From NCBI GenBank assembly GCA_036170915.1, contig JAVHQC010000036.1, forward strand, positions 128,001 through 192,000: a stretch of 64,000 nucleotides of DNA. The letters are read 5' to 3'. Under the pieces are notes generated by a model. That model was given only the letters and a program-made list of their open reading frames with translations, was not told where the DNA came from and did no database searches. Every line of letters begins with the position of its first letter. Position 1 is the first letter of the stretch. A program made the position numbers and the translations under genes. Source of the stretch: Cyanobacteria bacterium auto_48_18. GTDB taxonomy: Bacteria > Cyanobacteriota > Vampirovibrionia > Obscuribacterales > Obscuribacteraceae. Of the stretch, positions 36,873 to 47,060 are shown one piece after another.

Positions 36873-37826
36873 ATGCTAGTCAGTTGCTTAGTTGCGTTCT
36901 TATGTTTCTACACTGTGCATATGATAGGAATTACAGTCGGATACCATCGACTTTTGGCTCACCGCTCTTACACCTGCCCCAAGTTTGTTGAATACATCCT
37001 CGTTATGGCCGGATATCTCGGTTTTGAGAGTTCACCAATGTGGTGGGCAACACTGCACCGTGCGCATCACCGCTATACAGATACTGAGCTCGATCCACAT
37101 GCACCTAAGTACGGCATGTATGAAGCCTACATCGGTTGGTTTTTGCACAAAGAGTACGCTGACTATCTTAAGCCTGAAAAACTTTCACGCGACATGGTTA
37201 ACGATCCTCTCTACAAATTTCTCGATGCTGGCGGCGACTGGCACCGTGCTCACTTGCTCAATTCATTCATCAATTTCAGCCTGCGCGGCATCATGGCGCT
37301 GATCTGGGGCTGGGAAATAGCAGCTGCCAGCTTGGCCGCTGCACTGGTTGTGCAACAAATGCCACTGTTGTTGAATGTGGTTTGTCACATTCCTAAAGCC
37401 GGCTACAAAAATTTCAATACTGCTGACACTAGTGTCAACGTCGGTTGGGTTGCTTTCCTAACATTAGGTGAAGGCTGGCACAACAATCACCACGCATTCC
37501 CAGGTTCTGCCCGTCACGGTTTGACTGCTGCCGAAATTGACCCTTCGTGGTTGATCATCAGAGCAATGAAAGCACTTGGTCTTGTGGGCTGGATGAATGA
37601 AGTGACCATTAACACTCAGTACAAGGGCAAGCAAGACCAGGCCGTTGAAGTGAAGAAACCCGTGGAGCTAGAAATTGTTTCTGACTTGCACGCTGTTGAA
37701 ACCAAAGACGCAGTGGGAGCTGACCGGCTCAATCAGCCATTGTCGGTAACTGTACTAGCTGACCATACCAGCACGCGTACACGCGCTGAAGGTCACAGAC
37801 GAGCACGTCAAAAAGTTAAGCGCTAA
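36873..37826 (+). CDS. Delta-9-type membrane fatty acid desaturase (DesC/OLE1-like)
   Basis: His boxes HRLLAH, HRAHH and HNNHH; GEGWHNNHHAFP. Confidence 0.93.
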   Translation: MLVSCLVAFLCFYTVHMIGITVGYHRLLAHRSYTCPKFVEYILVMAGYLGFESSPMWWATLHRAHHRYTDTELDPHAPKYGMYEAYIGWFLHKEYADYLKPEKLSRDMVNDPLYKFLDAGGDWHRAHLLNSFINFSLRGIMALIWGWEIAAASLAAALVVQQMPLLLNVVCHIPKAGYKNFNTADTSVNVGWVAFLTLGEGWHNNHHAFPGSARHGLTAAEIDPSWLIIRAMKALGLVGWMNEVTINTQYKGKQDQAVEVKKPVELEIVSDLHAVETKDAVGADRLNQPLSVTVLADHTSTRTRAEGHRRARQKVKR

Positions 37827-37845
37827 GGCTAAGCTAATTAAATCC

Positions 37846-38820
37846 CTATTCCCAGCCTTCGAAAAGCGCTGTAGATAGATAACGCTCGCCACTGCTGCAG
37901 ATTACTGTAACTATAGTCTTGCCCTTGTTTTTGGCAAGTTTAGCAAGTTCCACTGCGGCAAAAACGTTAGCACCGCTGCTGATACCACCAAGTATGCCTT
38001 CTTCGCGAGGCAAGCGGCGAGCCATACCAAATGCTTGATCATTGGTAACAAGAAACACTTCATCAATAAGTGCTAAATCAAGCACGTCTGGAATAAACCC
38101 GGCGCCGATACCCTGAATCTTGTGCGAGGCCGGTTTAAGCGGCATGCCTGCCAGCTTCTGGCTAATGACTGGGCTATCCATCGGTTCTACTGCCACCACT
38201 TCAAAATTCTTGCCTAGCTCCCGGCGTTTTTCTTTCAGCACCTCACCGACACCAGTTATGGTGCCTCCGGTGCCTACGCCGGCCACAAACATATCTATAT
38301 CTCCAGCAGTGTCGTCCCAGAGCTCCACGGCGGTGGTAAGCCTGTGCGCCTGGGCATTGGCCTGATTTGAAAATTGCTGCAACATATAGTTTTCATCTGA
38401 CTGTGCCACCAGCAGGTCGGCCTTTGCCAGAGCACCCTTCATGCCGTCGGCACCAGGTGTTAAAACCAGCTCAGCACCCAATACTTTCAGCATTCGTCTG
38501 CGTTCAAGAGACATGGTCTCTGGCATACAAAGCACAAGCTTATAGCCTCTAGCTGCTGCAACAAAAGCCAGAGCGATTCCGGTATTGCCCGAAGTCGGCT
38601 CAATCAGCGTAGTTTTTCCCGGCGTTATCAAACCTTTTGCTTCAGCATCAAGCACCATTGAAATGCCGATGCGATCTTTGACTGAGCTGAGCGGATTCAT
38701 AGACTCAACTTTGACCAGCACAGTAGCTTCGAGCCCTGCAGTGATGCGGTTTAGCCGTACAAGGGGAGTACGACCGACGGCCTCAGACAGGTTGTCGAAA
38801 ACTTGTTTTTTAACTGGCAT
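37846..38820 (-). CDS. cysK: Cysteine synthase A
   Basis: SVKDRI (PLP Lys), [30 protein letters not shown]. Confidence 0.97.
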   Translation of the reverse strand: MPVKKQVFDNLSEAVGRTPLVRLNRITAGLEATVLVKVESMNPLSSVKDRIGISMVLDAEAKGLITPGKTTLIEPTSGNTGIALAFVAAARGYKLVLCMPETMSLERRRMLKVLGAELVLTPGADGMKGALAKADLLVAQSDENYMLQQFSNQANAQAHRLTTAVELWDDTAGDIDMFVAGVGTGGTITGVGEVLKEKRRELGKNFEVVAVEPMDSPVISQKLAGMPLKPASHKIQGIGAGFIPDVLDLALIDEVFLVTNDQAFGMARRLPREEGILGGISSGANVFAAVELAKLAKNKGKTIVTVICSSGERYLSTALFEGWE

Positions 38821-38851
38821 AAATTGACTATCTATTTATTCGAACGGTACT

Positions 38852-39307
38852 TTACTCTGCAGGTTTATTATCGAGGGGTCTGTCCGGAAGTTTCTTATCT
38901 TCAGGAAGCGGACTATTGGCCTTGAATTCAGCGAACTGCCGCTCGCCGATACCCTTAAGAACTTTGCCTTTCTTGGTCATTTTTTCGTCTTTGCGAGCTT
39001 CGCCGTCTTTAATCATACGGTCGCCTTTGGCGATCAAATTTTGGCAGTGCTTGAGCATCTCGCGATATTTCTTTTGCATGCGCTTTTCGTCGCCCGAGAG
39101 GTCAGTGCCATTAGCTCCACCCATGCCAGGCGGCACCAGTTCTCCAGGTGACGCGGCGGCGGACCCCCCGGCCGGTTCACTACCACCGCTGGACGGCAAT
39201 GAATTGCCAAAAAAGTCGTTGGCTCCCGCTGCAAACACAGAAGGCATCGAAGCAAAGGTGCTGAGAGCGACAAGAGTGGTGAACAGTAGATTTTTAATAT
39301 TGCGCAC
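38852..39307 (-). CDS. Hypothetical secreted protein
   Basis: Signal peptide ending VFA; G/P linker; Lys-rich helical C-terminus. Confidence 0.75.
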   Translation of the reverse strand: MRNIKNLLFTTLVALSTFASMPSVFAAGANDFFGNSLPSSGGSEPAGGSAAASPGELVPPGMGGANGTDLSGDEKRMQKKYREMLKHCQNLIAKGDRMIKDGEARKDEKMTKKGKVLKGIGERQFAEFKANSPLPEDKKLPDRPLDNKPAE

Positions 39308-39384
39308 TGCTTCTATTTATCCTCGCTGGTCCACTTATAGTTTATAGGCTCAACAGTAAGACTGCCGTATTTATGGTTTTGAAT

Positions 39385-40920
39385 TTACTTAAGAAAAGGC
39401 GATTGAAGCGTTAATTTTAGTGCTTGCTCGAATGCGTATGCCACTTTGATCAAGAGTGCATCTGATACCGGCGCTCCCAACAATTGCAAACCGATGGGCA
39501 TCGCTTTGGCGTTTTCGCTTGCCATGCTGGTGCCGCAAGGTAGTGAAATTCCAGGCAACCCGGCCAGGTTGGCGGGAATAGTAGCAATGTCGGAGAGATA
39601 CATTTGTAGGGGATCCCCGGTTTTTTCACCGGTTTTGAAAGCGGTGGAAGGCGCTGTGGGAGAAAGCACCAGATCGAATTTTTCGAAAATTTTCTCAAAA
39701 TCAGACGTAATCAAACGCCTTACCTGCTGCGCTTTTTTGTAATAAGCGTCGTAATAGCCGCTGCTCAGTGCGTATGTACCAAGCATGATACGGCGTTTGA
39801 CCTCGGCGCCAAAACCTTGCGAGCGCGAGCTGTTGTACATAGACAAAATATCTGGAGCATCAAGGTCACGCAGACCATATCGCACACCATCAAAACGGGC
39901 CAAGTTGGCCGATGCTTCGGCTGTGGCGAGAAGGTAATAGACCGGCAGAGCATAACGCGAGTGAGGCAATGAAACTTCTTCAACAATGGCACCAAGGGTG
40001 GTGAGTAACTTTGTTGCTTCCAAAACCGAATTGCGAACATCGGCTTCAATGCCTTCACCGACTAACTCTTTAATGATACCGATTCTGGTGCCCTTGAGCA
40101 GTTCAGCCGGTGACTGTTTGCTCAAAGATTCAATCATGCTCAAAGTCAGCTCAGGGAAGCCTTTCGGATTATTATCCTGGAAAGGCGCCGCCAGAGAAGT
40201 TGAGTCTTTTTGATCGTGACCAGCGATTGCCAGCAGCGTCAACGCGGTATCTTCTACGGTGCGACCGAATGGCCCGATTTGATCGAGACTGGAGGCAAAC
40301 GCCACCAGTCCGTAGCGTGAAACCATACCGTATGTGGGTTTCATTCCTACCACACCACAAAAACTGGCCGGTTGCCTGATTGAACCGCCGGTGTCAGAAC
40401 CTAATGCGGTGACAGCGAAACCTGCTGCTACTGCCGCCGCTGAGCCGCCGGAGCTGCCTCCCGGTACACAGGCAGTATCGTGGGGGTTGTTTGTGCATTT
40501 GTAAGCGGAATTTTCAGTGGACGAGCCCATGGCGAATTCGTCGAGATTGGTTTTACCCAAAATCAACGCACCATTATTTTTTAAATTGAGAATTGCTTGA
40601 GCATCATAAGGTGCAGTGAAATTTTCTAAAATTTTGCTGCCGCAAGTGGTCACTTTGCCACTGACGCACATATTGTCTTTGACAGCCACAGGCACACCAG
40701 CCAGCACGGCACCTGCGCCGCCGAAATCACCAACTTTATCTAGAGCGCTAGCTTGCTCGCGCGCCTGATCAAATGTAAAAGACAAAAAAGCGTTGATTTC
40801 ACCTTCATGCTTTTCTATATGAGCAATGTGCGATTCAAGCACTTCCGAAGCTGAAACCGTTTTTGCCTTAAGCATTGACCGCAGTTCGGAAATACTTTTG
40901 CCAATTACTTCTGCAGACAT
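39385..40920 (-). CDS. gatA: Asp/Glu-tRNA amidotransferase subunit A
   Basis: GKTNLDEFAMGSSTE, PGGSSGGSAA, GSDTGGSIRQPA, EVKRRIMLGTY. Confidence 0.98.
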   Translation of the reverse strand: MSAEVIGKSISELRSMLKAKTVSASEVLESHIAHIEKHEGEINAFLSFTFDQAREQASALDKVGDFGGAGAVLAGVPVAVKDNMCVSGKVTTCGSKILENFTAPYDAQAILNLKNNGALILGKTNLDEFAMGSSTENSAYKCTNNPHDTACVPGGSSGGSAAAVAAGFAVTALGSDTGGSIRQPASFCGVVGMKPTYGMVSRYGLVAFASSLDQIGPFGRTVEDTALTLLAIAGHDQKDSTSLAAPFQDNNPKGFPELTLSMIESLSKQSPAELLKGTRIGIIKELVGEGIEADVRNSVLEATKLLTTLGAIVEEVSLPHSRYALPVYYLLATAEASANLARFDGVRYGLRDLDAPDILSMYNSSRSQGFGAEVKRRIMLGTYALSSGYYDAYYKKAQQVRRLITSDFEKIFEKFDLVLSPTAPSTAFKTGEKTGDPLQMYLSDIATIPANLAGLPGISLPCGTSMASENAKAMPIGLQLLGAPVSDALLIKVAYAFEQALKLTLQSPFLK

Positions 40921-40924
40921 TTAG

Positions 40925-42181
40925 TTAGCCTTTAAAGCGCTTGAACACCAGCGAACAATTGTGACCACCAAAACCAAAACTGTTTGACATGGCAATATCA
41001 ACTTTGGCATTGCGCAGAGCAACATTGGGAGTGTAATTGAGATCGCAGTCAGGATCAGGCTCATTTAAATTGATGGTGGGCGGAACAATATTGTCTTGGA
41101 TGGCCATGACGCAAACAATTGCTTCAATGGCGCCAGCAGCACCAAGTAGATGGCCCGTCATCGATTTACTCGATGAGATGTGCAATTTATGAGAAGTGGC
41201 ATGAGTGCCAAATACTGTCTTGATCGCTTTAGTTTCGGCCTTGTCACCAAGCGGAGTGGATGTGCCGTGGGCGTTTATATAATCGACTTCTTCGGCAGTG
41301 ATACCACTTTGCTTAAGCGCAATCTCCATGGCTCTGGCTGCTCCAGCTCCATCAGGCGAAGGTTGGACGATATCAAAGGCATCACCAGTGCTACCAAACC
41401 CGGTAATTTCAGCGTAAATATGAGCGCCGCGAGCTTGAGCGTGACTGAGCGATTCGAGCATCAGCACTGCTCCACCTTCACCCATGACAAAACCATCTCG
41501 AGTTTTGTCGAAAGGACGACTGGCTTTCTCCGGCTCTTCATTGCGGGTGCTCAAAGTGCGAGCAGAAGCAAATCCGGCCATGACCAGTGCAGCAATCGGA
41601 GCTTCGGAGCCGCCAGCAAACATAATATCGGCCTCGCCACGCTCGATAATGCGATAAGCATCACCGATGGAATGAGCCGATGTAGCGCAGGCGGTAACCG
41701 TGCAAGTATTAGGGCCTTTAGCGTTATGCAGCATCGATACCCAACCGGCAGTCATATTGACAATCAGCATGGGTACTGTGAATGGCGAGCAACGATCCGG
41801 CCCCTTATCCATCAATACATGGAATTGGTCCTCAATAGATTGAAAACCACCAGCGGCCGAGCCAACAGCCACGCCCACCCGCTCAGGATCTTCTTTAGTC
41901 AGATCCAATTTTGAATCTTCCACCGCCAGCTTTGAGGCGGCAATGGCAAATTGAATAAAGCGATCAGTGCGTTTGACGGCGCGGAAATCCATGTACTTTG
42001 ACGGATCAAAATCGTACATTTCGGCTGCAATTTTGCAGGAAGGTCTGAGTTTTTCAGGAATTCGCTGCACCAGCTTAACGCCGGATCTGCCATTTACAAT
42101 TCCGTCCCAGAACTGCTCCTTGCCTGTACCGACTGAGGATATAGGCCCCAGACCGGTAACAACCACACGCTCTTTTGTCAT
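40925..42181 (-). CDS. fabF: 3-oxoacyl-ACP synthase II
   Basis: TACAT, NAHGTST, GHLLGAAG, SNSFGFGGHN. Confidence 0.97.
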   Translation of the reverse strand: MTKERVVVTGLGPISSVGTGKEQFWDGIVNGRSGVKLVQRIPEKLRPSCKIAAEMYDFDPSKYMDFRAVKRTDRFIQFAIAASKLAVEDSKLDLTKEDPERVGVAVGSAAGGFQSIEDQFHVLMDKGPDRCSPFTVPMLIVNMTAGWVSMLHNAKGPNTCTVTACATSAHSIGDAYRIIERGEADIMFAGGSEAPIAALVMAGFASARTLSTRNEEPEKASRPFDKTRDGFVMGEGGAVLMLESLSHAQARGAHIYAEITGFGSTGDAFDIVQPSPDGAGAARAMEIALKQSGITAEEVDYINAHGTSTPLGDKAETKAIKTVFGTHATSHKLHISSSKSMTGHLLGAAGAIEAIVCVMAIQDNIVPPTINLNEPDPDCDLNYTPNVALRNAKVDIAMSNSFGFGGHNCSLVFKRFKG

Positions 42182-42210
42182 GACTCTACTTATCTCTAGT
42201 TAATACCACA

Positions 42211-42243
42211 CCAAAGTGGACCAGCTTACGTGGCCCACTCTGG
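42211..42243 (-). promoter_or_regulatory. Hairpin between acpP and fabF
   Basis: Minus strand CCAGAGTGGGCCA-CGTAAGC-TGGTCCACTTTGG, with G-U pairs on the coding strand. Confidence 0.55.
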
Positions 42244-42263
42244 ATACAACACCTCAGGTTTAT

Positions 42264-42503
42264 CTAAAGATGCCCTGCAATGTACTTTACGGCTTCACCA
42301 ACGGTGGTGATTTTTTCGGCGTCTTCGTCCGGAATTTCCATTCCAAACTCTTCTTCTAAAGCCATGACGAGCTCGACTGTGTCGAGTGAATCAGCGCCAA
42401 GGTCTTTAGTGAAGCTTGCTTCCATGGTTACTTCTTCAACGTTAACGTTGAGTTGGGCCACAGCCACCTTCTTTACTCTTTCGAAGGCTTCCTTCTCTTC
42501 CAT
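42264..42503 (-). CDS. acpP: Acyl carrier protein
   Basis: [20 protein letters not shown]. Confidence 0.99.
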   Translation of the reverse strand: MEEKEAFERVKKVAVAQLNVNVEEVTMEASFTKDLGADSLDTVELVMALEEEFGMEIPDEDAEKITTVGEAVKYIAGHL

Positions 42504-42652
42504 GAGTACTGTCTACCTCTTTTAAAAAACTTGAAAAACGCATGTGAAACTAAATAGGCACTGAGGAGTGCCGGTTCCAAGAAAGATTAGAATATCACGT
42601 CGCAAAAGTAGTTTCTAATTGTGTTACCGATGTAAATGAAATCACTTGCGAT

Positions 42653-43393
42653 TTATGTGTATAGTCCGCCGGACACTTCCAGCACCTGACCAGTAACGTA
42701 AGATCCGGGTCCTGCGAGAAATACAACAGCAGAAGCGATGTCTTCAGGCGTGCCCATGCGCTTTAACGGCACTCGATCGAGAATCTTGTTTATAATTTCC
42801 TCACCCAGGGCTTTAGTCATATCAGTGTCGATAAAACCAGGAGCGATGGCATTGGAAGTGATATTGCGCGAAGCATATTCAAGGGCCACGGTTTTTGTGA
42901 ATCCAATCAGCCCAGATTTGGCGGCGGCATAATTGACCTGGCCAAAGTTACCGTGCACGCCTGAGGTGCTGGCGATGTTGATAATGCGTCCAGAACGTTG
43001 CTTCGACATCACTTTAACGATGGGCTGGGTGACTTTGAAGGCTGATGTCAGGTTGGTATCGATAACCGCCTGCCATTGATCCTCACTCATCCTCATAAAT
43101 AGCGCGTCTCTGGTTATGCCGGCATTATTTACCAGAATATCGATGCGACCCCACTTGGCAATAATGGCTTCCACCATTTTGGCCACGCTGGCAGAATCTG
43201 TCACGTTACAAGGCACGGCAATGGCTTCAGCCCCACCAGCCTGAAACTCGGCGGCGGTTTTCTGGCAAAGTTCTTCATTGATGTCGCTAATCACGACTTT
43301 GGCACCTTCTTTTGCCAATGCCTGCGATATCGCTCTGCCGATTCCCCGGCCGGAGCCGGTCACTATTGCCACCTGGTCAGCTAACATGCCCAT
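42653..43393 (-). CDS. fabG: 3-oxoacyl-ACP reductase
   Basis: TGSGRGIG, NNAGITRD, YAAAK, APGFI.TDM; adjacent to acpP. Confidence 0.95.
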   Translation of the reverse strand: MGMLADQVAIVTGSGRGIGRAISQALAKEGAKVVISDINEELCQKTAAEFQAGGAEAIAVPCNVTDSASVAKMVEAIIAKWGRIDILVNNAGITRDALFMRMSEDQWQAVIDTNLTSAFKVTQPIVKVMSKQRSGRIINIASTSGVHGNFGQVNYAAAKSGLIGFTKTVALEYASRNITSNAIAPGFIDTDMTKALGEEIINKILDRVPLKRMGTPEDIASAVVFLAGPGSYVTGQVLEVSGGLYT

Positions 43394-43833
43394 GCTTTTT
43401 TAATTCCTTATACAAAGATGCACCCTTAATTTACCGGCTTGACCATTAAATGAGATCGTCTGTTGCCATCTGTAGCAAAAAAAATACCTTTGAAGGTATT
43501 TTTTCCAGAATTCTTTCCAGAATCCTTCCCCTGGGACCCCAGGTACCCCGGCGGTGGCGTTTACCCCCACTTTTGCAAAAATCACGGCTTCTTGAAAAAT
43601 ATTTGAGCGATTATGAGATCAGAGTGGGGAAATTACGAAAGGAATGATGATTCCCCTTAGTGACATTAGATATGCTTTCGATTAATCTCTTAACATAACC
43701 GACGAGAAGTCGACTACCCCCCCCGAGAGCAACATGGAGCTTATGGCGGGCCACTGTCGTGCATCTGTTTTAACAGCACTGCAAAATCAATTCTCTAGTC
43801 GGCGCAAGCAGGAATCTGGAGATCAAAAAACAA

Positions 43834-46800
43834 ATGGCTGAAGGCAAATCGGACCTATCCGTCTCAAAAGACAACAATGACTCTTCCAATCAACTAAAAA
43901 TTGACGTAGCAGAAAAATTCCATCAGTCACTGGGTTCAGATCCTTCCAAAAATTCCAAAGTTGGCGCCGAGACCAACGCAAAAGCAGAAGTGGAGAAACC
44001 AATTGCGGTTGATACCACAGTCAGTGGCCTGAAACGCTCAGACCTTTTAAGCCTCTCAGACAGAATGGCTCAGGGCAGTGCCGTCAAAGTCGAAACAAAA
44101 GCACCTGCCAGCGGCGAAGAAACGATCTTCGACAGTGCAGCAAAAAATTCAAAAGCCGCCCGGTACGCCATGGTCACAGCTGAAGGTCTGGCCTACTCGG
44201 TGCCTGGTGTAGCCAAAGCCATAGCACACGATGTCACCCACCCGCTCGAATTTGCCGGCAAGATGGGCATGGCAGCATCCATTGGTGTCGCCATGAAAGT
44301 AGCCTTGCCAAAATCTGGCGTCGGCAAAGCAATCGTCGGCACGGTAATGGGCTATTACCTGGTCAAAGACGCACTGCATCCGGTGCTTGATGCTTACAGC
44401 GCAGTCTCTGACACTAAAGACATGAAGACTATTCACACCGCCGCCGAAAAAATGGGCGACGGTATTGGTCTTTTTGCCTGGGACACTTACACCGGTAACA
44501 AAGTCGGCTTGAAGGCCGAGAAAATGACCGGCAACTTTATGGAAGCCAAATTAGGCACCACTCGCTATTCTAATTTTGAAAAAGCCAAAGTCGACTTTTT
44601 CTCATCAGATGAATATTTTGTCGGCCGCATGCTCAATAAAGTAGCCAAACCAGTGGATAAATTGGCAGGCGTAATTTCTGAGCGTATGACAAGAAAGCCT
44701 GAAGAGCCAAAAGTTTCGTTAGAAGAAGCAGTACGCAAATTCCAGGAAGTGAAAGAGCAAAATGCCTACACTTCTTTGAGCGCCAATATGCATTTCAAAG
44801 GCTTAGAGACTGCAGATGCCAAATCTCTCGGTTTCTCGCAGTCTTTAGATTTGTTAGTGCAAGGTCATGACCCACGCAAAATCACCAGTGTTGAAGCGGC
44901 CACCCTGCTTCATAGCAGTAAACCACTGAGCGTTGAAGCAATGCCCGGTAAACAAGTCAGCCCTAAACTGGAAGGCACCGATCCAGTACCTGGAAGCATA
45001 GTTAAATCAGTGATCGGTCCCGTAGATAAGGCCGGAGAACTGGTGCCACCCTCTAAACCAGGCGACAAGGCCCCCACCGATGCCGCAAACATATCAGGCC
45101 TGGAAGTGAAGCCAGCCGCTGTTGCAGTCACCAAGCCCTATACAACCAAGGCTGAACAAGAACTCAACGTCGGCACTGTTTCTAAACTGGCCGAAATGAA
45201 CACCAAAGAAATGAAAGAATGGCCTGACCAGCGCGTTCTCATTGCTGATGCAATTGAAACTTCACTGGGGCCGATTCATGCCGCCACCACCCCTGGTTAC
45301 AAGCCCATGGACCCAGGCTATATTCAGGCGCGCAACCAGGCCGTTGCCATAGCCAACCAAGTGCAAAGTGAAAAAGATTTGCGGTACATAGATCCGCTGC
45401 TCAGCCGCTTCACTTCCGCTACCAATCAACACATCTCAAAAGGCCTTAGCGAAACAGCCAATTACAAAAGAGAATTAGATCTTTTAGCCCAAGAAATTCA
45501 CAGTACTTTAGTGCGCAACATGAAGAAGGCGGGCATAGACCCTGACCAGGTTTTGGCCTCCAAAAACCCGCCTATCTTCTCCATTATGCATGACGGGGGC
45601 TCAGGCCCACACACCATGCGTCAAATCGATGGCGTCTGGAACGTCGACCATGTGCTTTATCCACGTAACATGGTTGGTGTCCGAAGTGTCACCACCAGTG
45701 GTATTCATGGCCACGAAATTGGCCACGACCAGTATGGTGGCATTCTCAAATTTGAAGAATCAATTCGCGAAAACGTGATCAAGAACGCTGTGGAAAAAGG
45801 CCTCGGCACTCGCGCTCACGATAAAGTAACGGTGCCTGGTCATGGAGACATGACGAAAGCACAGTTAATTGAACACATCTTCAAAGCCCAGGCTGACGAA
45901 AATACCGCCGACATCTGGGGCGCTGCCTGGACAGGACACAACGGCGGTGGAGCGCTGGGAATTCTGCTTCAGTCACTAAGAAAGGGCGGCCAGCTCGAAA
46001 CCAGAAACGTTTACGGCAAGGAGTTTATTCCTAAAGATGCTCCGCAAGACAATCCAATCGGATTTGAAGTGCATGCCTTTGACGCTTTGCGACCCAAAAT
46101 CGTAGCCGCTACAATGCGCGCCAGGGCCAATGGCGATCAACGTGTGCTTGACTATGCCAAAGCTCTAGATCGCTATTCAGATGAAGCCTCGCGGCCTGGA
46201 GACTATGTCTTCGCCAACATGGACAAGCCGGGCGAAACTATCACCATCACCAGAAAAGATCTGGAAGATGTAATTCCACACTTGATCGACGCCCAGATGA
46301 ATACTCCACTGCCGGCTCTGCAAGGAAAGACTTTCGGCGATATGCTGCCTGATCTCCCAGCCCACATGGCAAAAATGGATAATCTGGCCGACTTGATGGT
46401 TGATGCCGTTATCAAAAACAAAAAGCCAAGCGATATTCCTTTTGACACTCAACACTATTCCATCAATCAGGTCTTCGGCGCTGGCATGCCCGCGGCTTTG
46501 CGTCTGGTGGCAAAAGGGGTTGATGCTACTGAAGCCAACAAGTCAGTCAACAAAATGTCTGATTACTTGAGAGCCCTCTATCACGACAATGACCCTCACG
46601 TTGACCCGCTCAAGCCAACAACTCTACAAGCAATTAGATTGAATTCGCCCAAAGAACTGTTTGCCTCTTCTAAGCGAGTCGGCGTAGCCCTGACTGAGGC
46701 AACCGGCCGCACCATCGGCAGACAGGCTGATTTCCGCGAAGCAGTGGCACGAAACACAGCTGGCCTTGGTGGCGCACTGGGCGCCAATCTCACCGGCGAC

Positions 46801-47001
46801 TACTTCCGCGAGCAAAGGGCGGAAAAATTGCAGAACATGCACGCTCTTGATCTCAACCATGAAAACCTGAAAACAAGCGTCGCTTCAGCCAAAGAAGGTC
46901 AGTGGCTCAAATCTAAAGACAGAACTTTGAGCAATATCTCGTATATGCAAGGTGCTAAAAAACAGTTGCTCGAGCCTGACACAAGCCTTGAGAAGCCTTG
47001 A
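43834..47001 (+). CDS. Large hypothetical protein with HExxH zinc-metalloprotease-like C-terminal region
   Basis: 1055 aa; GHEIGH followed about 55 aa later by DENTAD; G/A-rich hydrophobic helices in the N-terminal third; no Sec signal. Confidence 0.75.
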   Translation: MAEGKSDLSVSKDNNDSSNQLKIDVAEKFHQSLGSDPSKNSKVGAETNAKAEVEKPIAVDTTVSGLKRSDLLSLSDRMAQGSAVKVETKAPASGEETIFDSAAKNSKAARYAMVTAEGLAYSVPGVAKAIAHDVTHPLEFAGKMGMAASIGVAMKVALPKSGVGKAIVGTVMGYYLVKDALHPVLDAYSAVSDTKDMKTIHTAAEKMGDGIGLFAWDTYTGNKVGLKAEKMTGNFMEAKLGTTRYSNFEKAKVDFFSSDEYFVGRMLNKVAKPVDKLAGVISERMTRKPEEPKVSLEEAVRKFQEVKEQNAYTSLSANMHFKGLETADAKSLGFSQSLDLLVQGHDPRKITSVEAATLLHSSKPLSVEAMPGKQVSPKLEGTDPVPGSIVKSVIGPVDKAGELVPPSKPGDKAPTDAANISGLEVKPAAVAVTKPYTTKAEQELNVGTVSKLAEMNTKEMKEWPDQRVLIADAIETSLGPIHAATTPGYKPMDPGYIQARNQAVAIANQVQSEKDLRYIDPLLSRFTSATNQHISKGLSETANYKRELDLLAQEIHSTLVRNMKKAGIDPDQVLASKNPPIFSIMHDGGSGPHTMRQIDGVWNVDHVLYPRNMVGVRSVTTSGIHGHEIGHDQYGGILKFEESIRENVIKNAVEKGLGTRAHDKVTVPGHGDMTKAQLIEHIFKAQADENTADIWGAAWTGHNGGGALGILLQSLRKGGQLETRNVYGKEFIPKDAPQDNPIGFEVHAFDALRPKIVAATMRARANGDQRVLDYAKALDRYSDEASRPGDYVFANMDKPGETITITRKDLEDVIPHLIDAQMNTPLPALQGKTFGDMLPDLPAHMAKMDNLADLMVDAVIKNKKPSDIPFDTQHYSINQVFGAGMPAALRLVAKGVDATEANKSVNKMSDYLRALYHDNDPHVDPLKPTTLQAIRLNSPKELFASSKRVGVALTEATGRTIGRQADFREAVARNTAGLGGALGANLTGDYFREQRAEKLQNMHALDLNHENLKTSVASAKEGQWLKSKDRTLSNISYMQGAKKQLLEPDTSLEKP

Positions 47002-47060
47002 GGCCAAAAAATAGATAACAAAAATCGCACTAATTCGATTTTCAAGTTATCCTTAAACTG

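Noticed and set aside
41180..41914. 244-aa plus-strand ORF
   Set aside because: Lies entirely antisense to fabF and has no recognisable motifs.
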